This document shows positions 9,185 to 18,802 of a stretch of DNA of 64,000 bases, one piece after another; the first letter of the stretch is position 1; the number at the start of each line of letters is the position of its first letter. The translations under genes and the position numbers were made by a program. The notes below the pieces were generated by a model. The model saw only the letters and a list, made by a program, of their open reading frames with translations, did no database searches and had not been told where the DNA came from. The DNA comes from a virus, in IMG/VR virus record IMGVR_UViG_3300045988_112440, one strand, 5' to 3'.

Positions 9185-9568
9185 TTATGCCCGCCCCTTA
9201 CGATTTGATGTTCTCTTAACTACCGGCTTCACGGGCGTCTCATCCTTTACATCACTAGATGACTCATTCTCAGCCTTTGCAGGCTTATCCATGATCTCAT
9301 GGAAAACATCACGAACAGCTGGGATAAAAGTCTCTACCTCGGCTTTCGTAACATTCTTGTACTTGCGCATCAAAAGAGTAGTCAGATCTGCTTTTGCCGT
9401 CTCTTTTGAAATAATTCCCTGACGATACTGGTTTACGGCAGTCCACACAAGAAAGTGCGGCTCAGTGTCGCAAATCATTCGCCAAGGATTAAGACGCGCA
9501 TCCTGCTCGCAATGCGGGCAAACCGGATATTCTTTTCCGCAAGTACGGCACCAATTCAGATTTGCCAT
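9185..9568 (-). CDS. zinc-finger protein (CRTC..CPHC)
   Basis: 127 aa; start overlaps the stop of the upstream gene (TAATG). Confidence 0.6.
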   Translation of the reverse strand: MANLNWCRTCGKEYPVCPHCEQDARLNPWRMICDTEPHFLVWTAVNQYRQGIISKETAKADLTTLLMRKYKNVTKAEVETFIPAVRDVFHEIMDKPAKAENESSSDVKDETPVKPVVKRTSNRKGRA

Positions 9569-10368
9569 TAGGCAGCAGCAGTCTCAATACGGAACAGGCG
9601 CTTGTCTTCAGAGCAGTATTCCTGAGTAGCGCTAATCTTGACCGGATGAGCCAGCTCATTAGTGAAAGTCATATCGATAGCATTATCCATCTTGGCATTC
9701 GGGAAGATGATACGCATCAGCTTCTTATTTGCCTTATCGCAGGGATTGTAGCAGAATGCCTCAATCACGAACTCGCCCTCGGTAGAGAACTTATCGGCGC
9801 TATCATTGATAGCAATACCCTCCTCGCTCTCGTACTTATACTTCACAACAAAGCGGTCGCCAGCCTTCAGATCTGCACCAGTGGGCAGAGTGACCTCAGT
9901 ACCAGTAACAGAGAACTGAGACTCTGCGGTCTCACCCAGCTCAAAGGTCTTCAGTGCATTACCCTGACCATCGACCAGATCGATGTACTTAAAGGGGGCA
10001 TTTGCAACAGCAGTCTTGGGGGTATGGGTCAGAGTCAGCTTCTTGCCGTCAGCAGAAGTCAGGTACTCAACAGTGGTAAAGACCTGCTTTGCCTCAGAGG
10101 AAGCAACCTCCTTCTTGGAGCCCATCTGCTCTGCCAGAGCACCCAGATGCATCAGAGCATTAGACCAATCTGCCTCTGCAGTCTTACTCTTATCGAATGC
10201 CATGATGTTAACGCCCTGTGCATCCTGAGCGTAAACAGTCTCGCCGCCCAGAGTCAGCTTGAAATCCTTAACCTGATTCATGGTCCACAGACGCTTGCCG
10301 TTCAGATCATACTCGTGAATGCGATGAACGCGGTCAATAACGACCTCATTAAAATTAAAATCGCTCAT
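9568..10368 (-). CDS. putative major tail (tube) protein
   Basis: 266 aa; GC-richer, strongly biased codons; strong RBS; preceded by a terminator as for the capsid gene; position upstream of the chaperone/TMP region. Confidence 0.55.
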   Translation of the reverse strand: MSDFNFNEVVIDRVHRIHEYDLNGKRLWTMNQVKDFKLTLGGETVYAQDAQGVNIMAFDKSKTAEADWSNALMHLGALAEQMGSKKEVASSEAKQVFTTVEYLTSADGKKLTLTHTPKTAVANAPFKYIDLVDGQGNALKTFELGETAESQFSVTGTEVTLPTGADLKAGDRFVVKYKYESEEGIAINDSADKFSTEGEFVIEAFCYNPCDKANKKLMRIIFPNAKMDNAIDMTFTNELAHPVKISATQEYCSEDKRLFRIETAAA

Positions 10369-10395
10369 AATATTCTTCCTTTCAATTTATTTGGA

Positions 10396-10430
10396 TAAAA
10401 ATAAAAGAGCAAGGTCAATCAACCTTGCTC
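10396..10430 (-). terminator. rho-independent terminator overlapping the stop of 10415-11161
   Basis: 9-bp hairpin GAGCAAGGT/ACCTTGCTC, then TTTTATTTTT on the - strand. Confidence 0.6.
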
Positions 10431-11161
10431 GTCCAATCCAGTTGTGCTTTTGGAATCTTTCCAAATTCCACGGTGCCAGCGTAAACGCCATGCATCGTAT
10501 TGTCGTAACTTTTTATTTGCTGAATCTTTCTTACATGATTCATGAATACACTCATAGGGTAATCCATAGCCTTGAAGTAATCCGCTTTAAAGCCAGACGA
10601 ACACGCCATCGAGAGCACAAGCTCCGCAAGGTGTGGTTCATAACGCTTAATTTTTTGATACTCCAAGTTATCTCTGGCTTCCTCTATCATTGCAATTCTT
10701 GTCGGTTCGTCGGCAGCAAACTCGGAATGCTTTTCAATTCCATTCGCAGCACATAGGTACTGAGAAATCGTTTCATACACCACATGGTCAATACGAGTGT
10801 CCGTAAGCCTGTTGTGTAATACGATTTCACCACTTATGTTATCTTTCGCCATCATAAACCCAGAAGTGTCCATATCGCCAAGCAAAATAGACATATCTTG
10901 ATCTTTATTGCCTATAAAAAGTTGCCGGAACATTTCAAAGTCCGAAATCTTCTGCCAATCAATTCCAACAGAGTCAAGCTGTGCCTTGTAATCGCTCGAT
11001 GTAGAACAGAATAAATAAACTAACTGAAAATACTTTTGCTCACCATAATCGATGATGTCACCGACAGAAGGCATGTGAATCGTAATTTTGTCGTTGATTT
11101 TAAAGTCTCTTCCGCGCATCAAGCTTGGCTCGTACATTTCCCGAAGTTCCATCAGCCACAC
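10415..11161 (-). CDS. hypothetical morphogenesis protein
   Basis: 248-aa ORF in the head-tail joining region; overlaps its neighbours. Confidence 0.6.
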   Translation of the reverse strand: MWLMELREMYEPSLMRGRDFKINDKITIHMPSVGDIIDYGEQKYFQLVYLFCSTSSDYKAQLDSVGIDWQKISDFEMFRQLFIGNKDQDMSILLGDMDTSGFMMAKDNISGEIVLHNRLTDTRIDHVVYETISQYLCAANGIEKHSEFAADEPTRIAMIEEARDNLEYQKIKRYEPHLAELVLSMACSSGFKADYFKAMDYPMSVFMNHVRKIQQIKSYDNTMHGVYAGTVEFGKIPKAQLDWTSKVD

Positions 11162-11631
11162 CCCACAAGGTCATCCAGATCCTGCGTCTTGAACGTCATA
11201 ATTCGCACACGATGGTGTAAATCCATATTGTCCTCGATATTGGATGTGATTTTAAGCTGTTTGATTCCAAAAATTGTACTGCCGTGTAGTTCTTTTTCCA
11301 CAAGACCACTCAGATAGTCAACTCGTGTTGCACCACCATGGCCCTTCATTTTCATCAGCGCCTGGTTCACAATAACCCATACAGTAAGTGTGAAGTTTTC
11401 ATACCAGTCGTTGACGTTGCTTCGGTCAGTCATATTTACCTTAAAACAAATATAGCTGTGCGCTGCCTCAATCGTGTCAGGAATATGGAAGTATGGGAAG
11501 ATGTATGTATAAATCGCCTCGTCAGGCTCTTCAATGTCATCATTGCCCATCGCTTCAACAAGCCCATCAGTATTAACCAGCTTCAAGGCCAATTTGTTTT
11601 TATAATCAGTAATCAATTCACTCGTTGTCAC
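11152..11631 (-). CDS. hypothetical head-tail joining protein
   Basis: 159-aa ORF, translationally coupled on both sides. Confidence 0.6.
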   Translation of the reverse strand: MTTSELITDYKNKLALKLVNTDGLVEAMGNDDIEEPDEAIYTYIFPYFHIPDTIEAAHSYICFKVNMTDRSNVNDWYENFTLTVWVIVNQALMKMKGHGGATRVDYLSGLVEKELHGSTIFGIKQLKITSNIEDNMDLHHRVRIMTFKTQDLDDLVGCG

Positions 11632-12653
11632 AGCAAACTCACCACCTTACATTCAATGGATGCATTTGCTGTACCATCTGCATTCGTCAAAGAAATCCTA
11701 ACAGTTGCGCCGTCCATAATACTATTATTCAAAATACGAATTTTAAAAGTACCATCGTCGGCAGTCTGCGTTTCTACAAATTCCTTGAATTCCTCAAGGC
11801 AAACGAACTTCCACTTAGCAATTTCAGTAATTTCCTCGCCAGCAACACTTGTGAACATAGGAGAGAATTTTTTCCAAGAACCACCAATACGAACCTCTGG
11901 TTTTCCTACATACTTTATAGTAGCTGTCACACGAGAATCTATTTCTGATTCGTCGATTTTGTTTGGCTCAAAATAATCACAAATCATCTTCTCAGCATTA
12001 TCCGTCTTACTGTTATACTGATCCTGCCGGATGTTCAACACAAGGAACCCCTGTGTCCTACCATGCAGTTCGTAACGCTCTGTACTCTGGTCAACAGAAG
12101 TCGTAACATACGTTTTCGGCTCGCCATTGATAATTTCCAACATAAAGCGCTTATCAAGGTCAATCAGTGCGGTCTCGTCATCAAAAGGCATCTGTACTTT
12201 ATATTCACGTTGACTCAATGAAGTCATGATAATCTCCTTATTATTTGCGTAATAAGGCTTACTCAGTGTTGCCCAACGAGAGACTATCTCACCAGTAATC
12301 GGATTTTGCCATTGGATTTGACGGTTACACAGCTCCATTTTTCCACGAAGAAAAATTTCATCGTTTGGTTCAATCTCAGTTACCAGCTATTTACAATTGT
12401 AGCAGTCAACAATGTCGCCAAGATTCAAAGAATCACCAGGATAAGCCCAGATTTTCTTTTCCTTAGCAATACTATTACTGCGACTAACAACCAGCTTCTG
12501 AGGTAAACCATTCACAAGAGCATTATCCTCGTAATCAACGCTATCTTTAAAATGTGCAGCAAAATCTCGCTTTGCAAAAGCAATTTTGACATCCTTTTTG
12601 TTAGACATTTTTGCGGCACCACCAACAGCTCGTGCCCTTGTATAAAAGTCCAT
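11628..12653 (-). CDS. structural protein with one in-frame TAG (12387-12389); C-terminal Ig-like segment
   Basis: The 88-aa ORF (12387-12653) and the 236-aa ORF (11628-12338) share one frame. A single TAG plus 16 open codons separates them: ...DIVDCYNCK-TAG-LVTEIEPNDEIFLRGKMELCNRQ... No convincing RBS before the internal ATG. Confidence 0.6.
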
Positions 12654-12665
12654 CGGTACACCTCC

Positions 12666-13166
12666 TTACTCAGAGTAGGAAGCGTATGTATCATAGTCGA
12701 TGGTCTTACGCTTACGGGTCGAGCGGTCTTTTGCCATATAGTTGTCTAACATCGTCATATTCTCCTCGTGAATGTCTTTCACAAGAGCACGAATACTCGT
12801 GCGCTCATTAGCAGGGGAGAATACTTGTAAACTCGTAGGAAGGTCCTGTGCGCTAAATGCTTTCAACTTCCCAAACTCACGCTTAAAATGTTGCTCCAAC
12901 ATCAAATGCGCTAACATATCAATCTCATCGAATGTGAGATCTGAATTAAACTCTTCTAGTTCTGAATCGTAATCATCGAAACTAAAATCCTCTTCCGGTT
13001 CAATGTTTCTGGTAATCACAGAAAGTGACTCCATCAAATAACTTTTTGCACGGTCATGTACAAGATCTCGCACTTCATTCTCGCTCAGGTCAAAATACTG
13101 AAAGAAATTACTATCAGTTTCGACCAGCTCGTAGAACTTGTCGTATATTTCCGAAAATGCGGTCAC
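12666..13166 (-). CDS. acidic hypothetical head/neck protein
   Basis: 166-aa ORF in the morphogenesis operon. Confidence 0.6.
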   Translation of the reverse strand: MTAFSEIYDKFYELVETDSNFFQYFDLSENEVRDLVHDRAKSYLMESLSVITRNIEPEEDFSFDDYDSELEEFNSDLTFDEIDMLAHLMLEQHFKREFGKLKAFSAQDLPTSLQVFSPANERTSIRALVKDIHEENMTMLDNYMAKDRSTRKRKTIDYDTYASYSE

Positions 13167-13181
13167 ATTATCCCTCCAATC

Positions 13182-13883
13182 TTACTCGGCGGGAACAACC
13201 TCCGCCTTTTCTGCCTCTGCCTTCTTACGGCCACGCTTGACAGTAGTCTTTTCTACAGAATTATCCGGTGCAACAGTCTGTGCGCCTGCCATCATAGCCT
13301 GCATCTGTGCCATCATAGCCTGCATCTGCTTCTGCATTTCAGCCATCTGATTCTTTGCAGTTTCAAGTTCGGCCTGAACATTATCAGCAGACTTGGTCGC
13401 AGGTACGACAGACAGCTCACTGTTACGCTTTCCAGCACGGAGCTCCTTATAACGCTCGTCAATCAGGCGCTTGACCTTGGTAGACAGATCTTCACCGGCA
13501 TTGGTCATACGATAAAAGCGACCACGAATACGCTCAAACTGAGCACCATCCTTAATGTCAATCATACGCTGAAGATTCTCGACAGTGGGATTCAGAATCG
13601 CATTGTCGATATCTTCAATGAATAGAACATCGTCGCCCTTAATGCCAATAGCCTTAAAGATTTCATTCTGCTCTTCAGGGCGAAAACGCAGAACACCATT
13701 CTTGAACGCAGAACAAGTGCTATTCATATACATAATCTCCTCCGGCGGAATAGGAATCACACAAGGATCTTCCACACTACCGGGCTCGAAAGTATAACCC
13801 TTACCGTTCAGTGACGAAATGGTAACCACGTTATCGTCGCAGTTCAGAACGTCAATAAACTTCTTTTCCATCACGGAACTCAT
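13182..13883 (-). CDS. hypothetical protein with Met/Gln/Ala-rich repeat and basic tail
   Basis: 233 aa, immediately downstream of the capsid gene; QMAEMQKQMQAMMAQMQAMMAGAQ. Confidence 0.6.
   Translation of the reverse strand: MSSVMEKKFIDVLNCDDNVVTISSLNGKGYTFEPGSVEDPCVIPIPPEEIMYMNSTCSAFKNGVLRFRPEEQNEIFKAIGIKGDDVLFIEDIDNAILNPTVENLQRMIDIKDGAQFERIRGRFYRMTNAGEDLSTKVKRLIDERYKELRAGKRNSELSVVPATKSADNVQAELETAKNQMAEMQKQMQAMMAQMQAMMAGAQTVAPDNSVEKTTVKRGRKKAEAEKAEVVPAE
13288..13329. repeat. 21-nt tandem duplication (20/21 identical)
   Basis: GCCATCATAGCCTGCATCTGT followed by GCCATCATAGCCTGCATCTGC; encodes the MQAMMAQ/MQAMMAG repeat on the - strand. Confidence 0.8.
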
Positions 13884-13899
13884 AATTTGTCTCCTTTTC

Positions 13900-13930
13900 T
13901 ATAAAAGCGGAGACCGCAAAATCCCCGCTC
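13900..13930 (-). terminator. terminator after the capsid gene
   Basis: 8-bp hairpin AGCGGGGA/TCTCCGCT on the - strand, followed by TTTAT. Confidence 0.45.
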
Positions 13931-13950
13931 AAATTTGCCTTTGGTAAAAA

Positions 13951-14946
13951 TTACTGCAGAACAATCTTAGCAACGCGCTCGATATGATCAATGCTATAGC
14001 CGAAGGTAAAGTCCTTGACCATCAGATGGATCTTTTCGTTGTTATTGTCGTGATCCTCGTAAGTATGAGTCTCACCCTTCATGTCAAGGCGACCAATCTT
14101 GCCTGCGATGCCATAGATACGCTTATCCGGGATCAGCAGGGAACCATCACCCAGCTTCTTAGCAGAGCTAATACCAGTGATAGCAACACCATCATAAGTC
14201 TTAACCAGACCATAACGGTTGAACTCGTCCTTAGCTGCGTCAGACAGATACTCAGCGTAACCGGTCATACGACGCATCTTGGCACAATACTTCATCAGGC
14301 TGACAGTGAAGGGATTACCACCATCGGCGTACTCATTCAGATACAGAGCCAGAGCGTCCATGTCCTGCATAGTGGGCTCCTTGCCCTGTGCATCGATCTT
14401 CTGCTCACCACCAGTGATAGCGTCATCAACCATGCTGAAAATGTCATAGAACATCTGGTTCTTCAGAGCCTCAGTCATAAAGGTGGTCAGAGTTGCCACA
14501 CTCTTCCAAGCATTACGTCTTACTTCCACAAAGCTAAGATCAGCCTCAATCTGCTTATTACGCCAGACGGGTTTAATGGTCTCGTAGTGCAGGTAAGACT
14601 TCGGCACATTGCCACCCTTAGCTGCATCATAAGCCTTCAGAGTATTCTTAACAGTACGACCTGCCTCGTAGTCATCAAACTCACCAACATTACCACGTTC
14701 AAACATGGAGTCCAGAAGCTCGTCAGGTGCACCATACAGCTCATCAGTCACGGTGCGGTTAACAAACTGAGCAATCTCCTTATTGGGATCGCCCTTGTCA
14801 ATCAGCTCCTCAACATGAGCGCCAACAACCTCTGCAATTTCCTTGTCCTCGGCATCCATAGCGCGATTGTACTGAGTCTTCTCAGCAACTTCATAAACAC
14901 GACCAGGCTGCTTCATCAGCTCGGCCACTTCAATATTCAGTGCCAT
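13951..14946 (-). CDS. major capsid protein
   Basis: 331 aa; strongly biased GC-rich codons; strong RBS; flanked by terminators; lies downstream of the portal and scaffold genes. Confidence 0.7.
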   Translation of the reverse strand: MALNIEVAELMKQPGRVYEVAEKTQYNRAMDAEDKEIAEVVGAHVEELIDKGDPNKEIAQFVNRTVTDELYGAPDELLDSMFERGNVGEFDDYEAGRTVKNTLKAYDAAKGGNVPKSYLHYETIKPVWRNKQIEADLSFVEVRRNAWKSVATLTTFMTEALKNQMFYDIFSMVDDAITGGEQKIDAQGKEPTMQDMDALALYLNEYADGGNPFTVSLMKYCAKMRRMTGYAEYLSDAAKDEFNRYGLVKTYDGVAITGISSAKKLGDGSLLIPDKRIYGIAGKIGRLDMKGETHTYEDHDNNNEKIHLMVKDFTFGYSIDHIERVAKIVLQ

Positions 14947-14968
14947 AATTCATTTCCTTTCTCTTCGC

Positions 14969-15004
14969 GCAAAATAAAAGAGCTACCGTCCAAAGACGAT
15001 AGCC
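14969..15004 (-). terminator. terminator/attenuator upstream of the capsid gene
   Basis: Hairpin AGCTACCGTC/GACGATAGC with one mismatch, then TCTTTTATTTTG on the - strand. Confidence 0.5.
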
Positions 15005-15042
15005 TTAAATTTCACGTATCATATTCAAGATTTTTCTCTCAA

Positions 15043-15519
15043 TCAAGCAACAGTCTTTGCCTCGGGCAGCACACTGATCATAATCAGCTTGTGGCCGTTG
15101 TCGTCCATCACACCAGCAAACTCAAAACGAGAAGTACCAGTAGTAGCAACCTGCCACTTACCGTCAATATTGACCTCCAGCAGCTTGCCGATATTGGTAT
15201 CCTGTGCATCGCCATCCTTGTACTGGTCAGTGCCGTACAGCTCGCCAGCATACAGAGGAACACGCTTCACCAGCACACCTGCCTTAATCTCGGTTGCCAT
15301 CTTATCATAGTCATCAAAATTAGTCTGGCTTGCATAGATGCCCTCCGGGATAAACTCATGGGCAACCATCTCGATACCCTCAGCGGTAGCTGCGTCAGGG
15401 AACTTAACCTGACCAGCCTTGTGGTCAACCTGGACACCCATGCCGGTGACCATATCGACCTTTGCGGCATAGTTAGCGGGAATATTCTTCGCGCCGTTTA
15501 CCATCAGTTCACGAATCAT
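15043..15519 (-). CDS. capsid accessory/decoration-like protein
   Basis: 158-aa ORF between the scaffold and capsid genes, with the same codon bias. Confidence 0.5.
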   Translation of the reverse strand: MIRELMVNGAKNIPANYAAKVDMVTGMGVQVDHKAGQVKFPDAATAEGIEMVAHEFIPEGIYASQTNFDDYDKMATEIKAGVLVKRVPLYAGELYGTDQYKDGDAQDTNIGKLLEVNIDGKWQVATTGTSRFEFAGVMDDNGHKLIMISVLPEAKTVA

Positions 15520-15546
15520 AATATTTTTCCTTTCTCTTAAATGTTA

Positions 15547-17121
15547 TTACTTACCCAAATATTCCCGCCATGCATCACGCTTGTTAGCGTTAGTGGTGTT
15601 ATACTTGGTTTCATTCAAATTCAGCTTGATGCTCTCAGACTTATGTACCTCAGAGGTCTCAATCTTCTTTTCAGCAGGCGCCTTCTTGGCAGCTTCAACG
15701 CAACGCTCGGCAATCACATTCTTGATGCCGGTCTCGTCCAGATTCTCAATCAAACTTGCGTAATTGCCACCCTCGGAAACTTCAGCTTCAGTAATCATCT
15801 TGCTGGAGAGTGCGTACTGACGCAGATCCTCCTTCTTCTGTGCAAGCTCTGCAGCCGCTTTTTCTGCCTCTGCCTTCTCTGCCTGATCCTTATATGGAGC
15901 CAGAGAAGCAACCTCTTCCTTTGCACTCTGCAGCTCAGTGTTCAGACTTGCAATAGTGTTATTCAACTCCGCAATCTTGGTGTTAACATCAGAAATAGAA
16001 ACAGTCAGAGTAATACGCTGCGGCTCGCCAAGAGAAACCTCGTTGCCCTCAACGGTGTAAGAGAACATAATGTAATCCAAATCGTTCATACAACGACCGA
16101 ATTTCTTACACCAGATAGTGTGATCTTCGGGGAACACTTCGGCTAGATACATATCTGAATTAAACTTCACAACAGCTTCATTCAGCTTCTCGTACAGGTC
16201 ATGACCGGTCAAACTGGAAGTCTCAGTGGTAGACTCCGGCTCTGGCTCACCAGCAGGTTCAGTGCCGGTTTCAGGCTCAGTCGGGGGAGGGGTTTCACCG
16301 CCTTCCTCGGAAGTCTGAACATCAGGCTCTGCCGGAGTGGTGGGCTCGGTGGTAGACTCAGTAGCGATCTGCTCTGCCTGCTCAGTCTCGGTTGGATTCT
16401 CGACCTGCGCGGTCTGAGTCTCCTTATCCTTATTCAGTTCCAATTTTTTTGCCTCCTTTTCATTAGATTCTGTATTTGAAATCTCTTTTGTATCCTCGAT
16501 ATAGGCATTCGCTAATTCAAGGCCAAAATCGGTTTCAGCGACTTCAAGCAGCTTAGAGCACTTGTATGCCGGTTCAACATTTGCACCAAGCAAACAATGT
16601 GCAGTAAACACACCATCGTCAATAATTTTTGCCATGCGTCCACCCACGATACCCTTATGAGCTTTCAGCACATCAATTTCCCAACTGGTATTTAACGTGC
16701 CACTCTCAATACGGCGCAAAATCGTTGCACAAGCTTTTGGATATCGCTTCCAGATCTTACAAGAGGCAACAATAAAGTCGGTATCGTCAATTTTCTCGAT
16801 ACCGACTGACTGAAAACTACCGAATGCATCAGTGTCAAATTCAGCAGTTTTGTATTCATTGCCATCATCGTCTTTTCTGGTGACGACTTTCATATTGTGA
16901 CCGGAAAAATCCAGTTCACCCTTTGGAGCTACAACCAACTTACCAACAAGCGGGTTGCCAACCAGTGTACTCATCCAACTTTCAATGGTGTCACGGTTTA
17001 AAGCAACCTGATTCCCATTTACTGAGAAATCACAGATGACAAACTTGGCAAGATAGTGGTCTGGATGCTCCGTAATCTCAGAGCAACAGATGTTTCTACT
17101 ATAGAAATACTCCTTACTCAT
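15547..17121 (-). CDS. putative prohead protease/scaffold fusion
   Basis: 524 aa. Globular N-terminal about 200 aa, then an acidic Pro/Thr/Glu-rich linker (ETPPPTEPETGTEPAGEPEPE), then a C-terminal coiled coil typical of scaffolds. Confidence 0.5.
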   Translation of the reverse strand: MSKEYFYSRNICCSEITEHPDHYLAKFVICDFSVNGNQVALNRDTIESWMSTLVGNPLVGKLVVAPKGELDFSGHNMKVVTRKDDDGNEYKTAEFDTDAFGSFQSVGIEKIDDTDFIVASCKIWKRYPKACATILRRIESGTLNTSWEIDVLKAHKGIVGGRMAKIIDDGVFTAHCLLGANVEPAYKCSKLLEVAETDFGLELANAYIEDTKEISNTESNEKEAKKLELNKDKETQTAQVENPTETEQAEQIATESTTEPTTPAEPDVQTSEEGGETPPPTEPETGTEPAGEPEPESTTETSSLTGHDLYEKLNEAVVKFNSDMYLAEVFPEDHTIWCKKFGRCMNDLDYIMFSYTVEGNEVSLGEPQRITLTVSISDVNTKIAELNNTIASLNTELQSAKEEVASLAPYKDQAEKAEAEKAAAELAQKKEDLRQYALSSKMITEAEVSEGGNYASLIENLDETGIKNVIAERCVEAAKKAPAEKKIETSEVHKSESIKLNLNETKYNTTNANKRDAWREYLGK

Positions 17122-17132
17122 CGTTCATCACC

Positions 17133-18785
17133 TCACTTACTATCTTCATTTCTCTGCTGGTCATAAATTTGTTTTTCAGTTTCCTCGCCCTTTGGACGGC
17201 CTGTCTTTTTATCACTGTCACCATCACCGCCGGAACTACCGGTCGATGTATAAGAGGTCTGGCGAGCCACAAACACATCGTCATAACCTTCCTCGGTTTC
17301 AGCCTGCCGCTTACGTAGTTCGTCCTCAGCATGAAGTCCCATATATTCGTAAGCAGTCTTGTAAGAACAGTTCAAAGTGGTGAACAGGAACTGAGCAATC
17401 GCCTTCTTCATCTCCATACCCATCATTTCAGTAGTAGAGACCTTCACATCAGGGCAGTACATCGGGTCTACACCTGCATCTTCAAGGCGAATACGATACC
17501 ATCGTTTTAATACATCTTCAATCTGTTCTGCAATCTTACCGATATTTTTCATCAGCTGGTCAAGAGACACCTTTGCAGTTGAAACAGTCTGCTGACCATC
17601 AGTATTCAAGAAACTAATACCCAAAGCAGCCATTTCTCGATTGCGATACTGTTTGACAGTCTCGATATTTGTCATCTCAACTTTTGGCTCAACATACTTG
17701 ATATCCTTTACATAAGGAGCGGTAGTCACAAGCACGGTATTTTGCTTCCATGCACGCAGCAGGTTATCGTGCGCCGTCACTTGTTCAGAGAAGCCCTTTT
17801 TATCTTTGTTTGGCCCCATCAACTCAGGGTCAAGCTGTTGCCAGATGATTTTCTTTGCCTTAGCCTTAGCATTTACACGGTCTGAAGTATCAAAGGTCTC
17901 AAGCATCAATGCCGGACGTAAGGCGCGAAACAGGGGAGAGACACCATATTTTTGTCCCATATTGCCAATACGAATCACGCCACAATGGTCAACATCCAAT
18001 TTTGCGTATGTATCACCATTCTTAAATGCCTGATACACCTCATCTGGATAGTTGTTCTGAATCTCAGTCTCCTGATTTTCAAAGAACAGTGCTTTATTCT
18101 TCTTATCCTTCAGCATAGATTTGCTCAAAGCAGATTTCAGTTTAGACATGTTAATAAGCACAACAGGCTGTCCATTTGATAAGTAATCACTTATCTCAGC
18201 AATACCAAGAGGGTAATAGTCTACAATGTAGTTCTCATCCTTCTGACGCAGATATGTAATATAAGTGCCCTCTGCGTAAGTCATCGGAATGGCGGCACGT
18301 AGCAGACTTCGCACATTGATTTGTGCGTTGAAGTCATCAATCACTTCACGGGCGTAATTTACCTGTTTTGTCTTATTACGCTGTTCAGGGAACTGAGCGA
18401 AACTGCATTTGAACTCAGTATTAACATTCGCCTCAATCGCATCATAAGTAATGCCAATCAGGTCATCCTTGTTGATGTAATTACGGATGATTCCATTGAC
18501 CGTCTGCACATTCGTCAGACTTGACTGTAGCCCTTGTGCAAGCTCATCAATTCGGTCAACGGTCAGTGTCTCAGAGGAGGCTGAAATTTTCAGATATGTA
18601 CTATACTGCTTATTTTCAGGGTCATAAGACGCAACTGCATTTCGGATGACGTTATTCATCCTCTCTTCTGAAAGTTCATTCAAAGAGGTAATAACTACAG
18701 TACCGTCGTCTGTCTGTGAAGCAGTCACGACATCAAAATCTCCTTTATATTCTTTAGGAATAACTTCCTTTTTCTTTCTTGCCAC
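17133..18785 (-). CDS. portal protein
   Basis: 550 aa, directly downstream of the terminase large subunit; size and acidic/basic C-terminal tail fit a portal. Confidence 0.7.
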   Translation of the reverse strand: MARKKKEVIPKEYKGDFDVVTASQTDDGTVVITSLNELSEERMNNVIRNAVASYDPENKQYSTYLKISASSETLTVDRIDELAQGLQSSLTNVQTVNGIIRNYINKDDLIGITYDAIEANVNTEFKCSFAQFPEQRNKTKQVNYAREVIDDFNAQINVRSLLRAAIPMTYAEGTYITYLRQKDENYIVDYYPLGIAEISDYLSNGQPVVLINMSKLKSALSKSMLKDKKNKALFFENQETEIQNNYPDEVYQAFKNGDTYAKLDVDHCGVIRIGNMGQKYGVSPLFRALRPALMLETFDTSDRVNAKAKAKKIIWQQLDPELMGPNKDKKGFSEQVTAHDNLLRAWKQNTVLVTTAPYVKDIKYVEPKVEMTNIETVKQYRNREMAALGISFLNTDGQQTVSTAKVSLDQLMKNIGKIAEQIEDVLKRWYRIRLEDAGVDPMYCPDVKVSTTEMMGMEMKKAIAQFLFTTLNCSYKTAYEYMGLHAEDELRKRQAETEEGYDDVFVARQTSYTSTGSSGGDGDSDKKTGRPKGEETEKQIYDQQRNEDSK

Positions 18786-18802
18786 ATTTTCACCTCCTCT
18801 GC

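Noticed and set aside
9562-10398. 278-aa + strand ORF
   Set aside because: Antisense to the tail-tube gene, with a low-complexity translation and no RBS.
13984-15540. 518-aa + strand ORF, the third-longest ORF in the track
   Set aside because: It lies entirely antisense to the capsid, decoration and scaffold genes. It has a low-complexity Leu/Ser/Ile-rich translation and no RBS. It is a by-product of the strong codon bias on the - strand.
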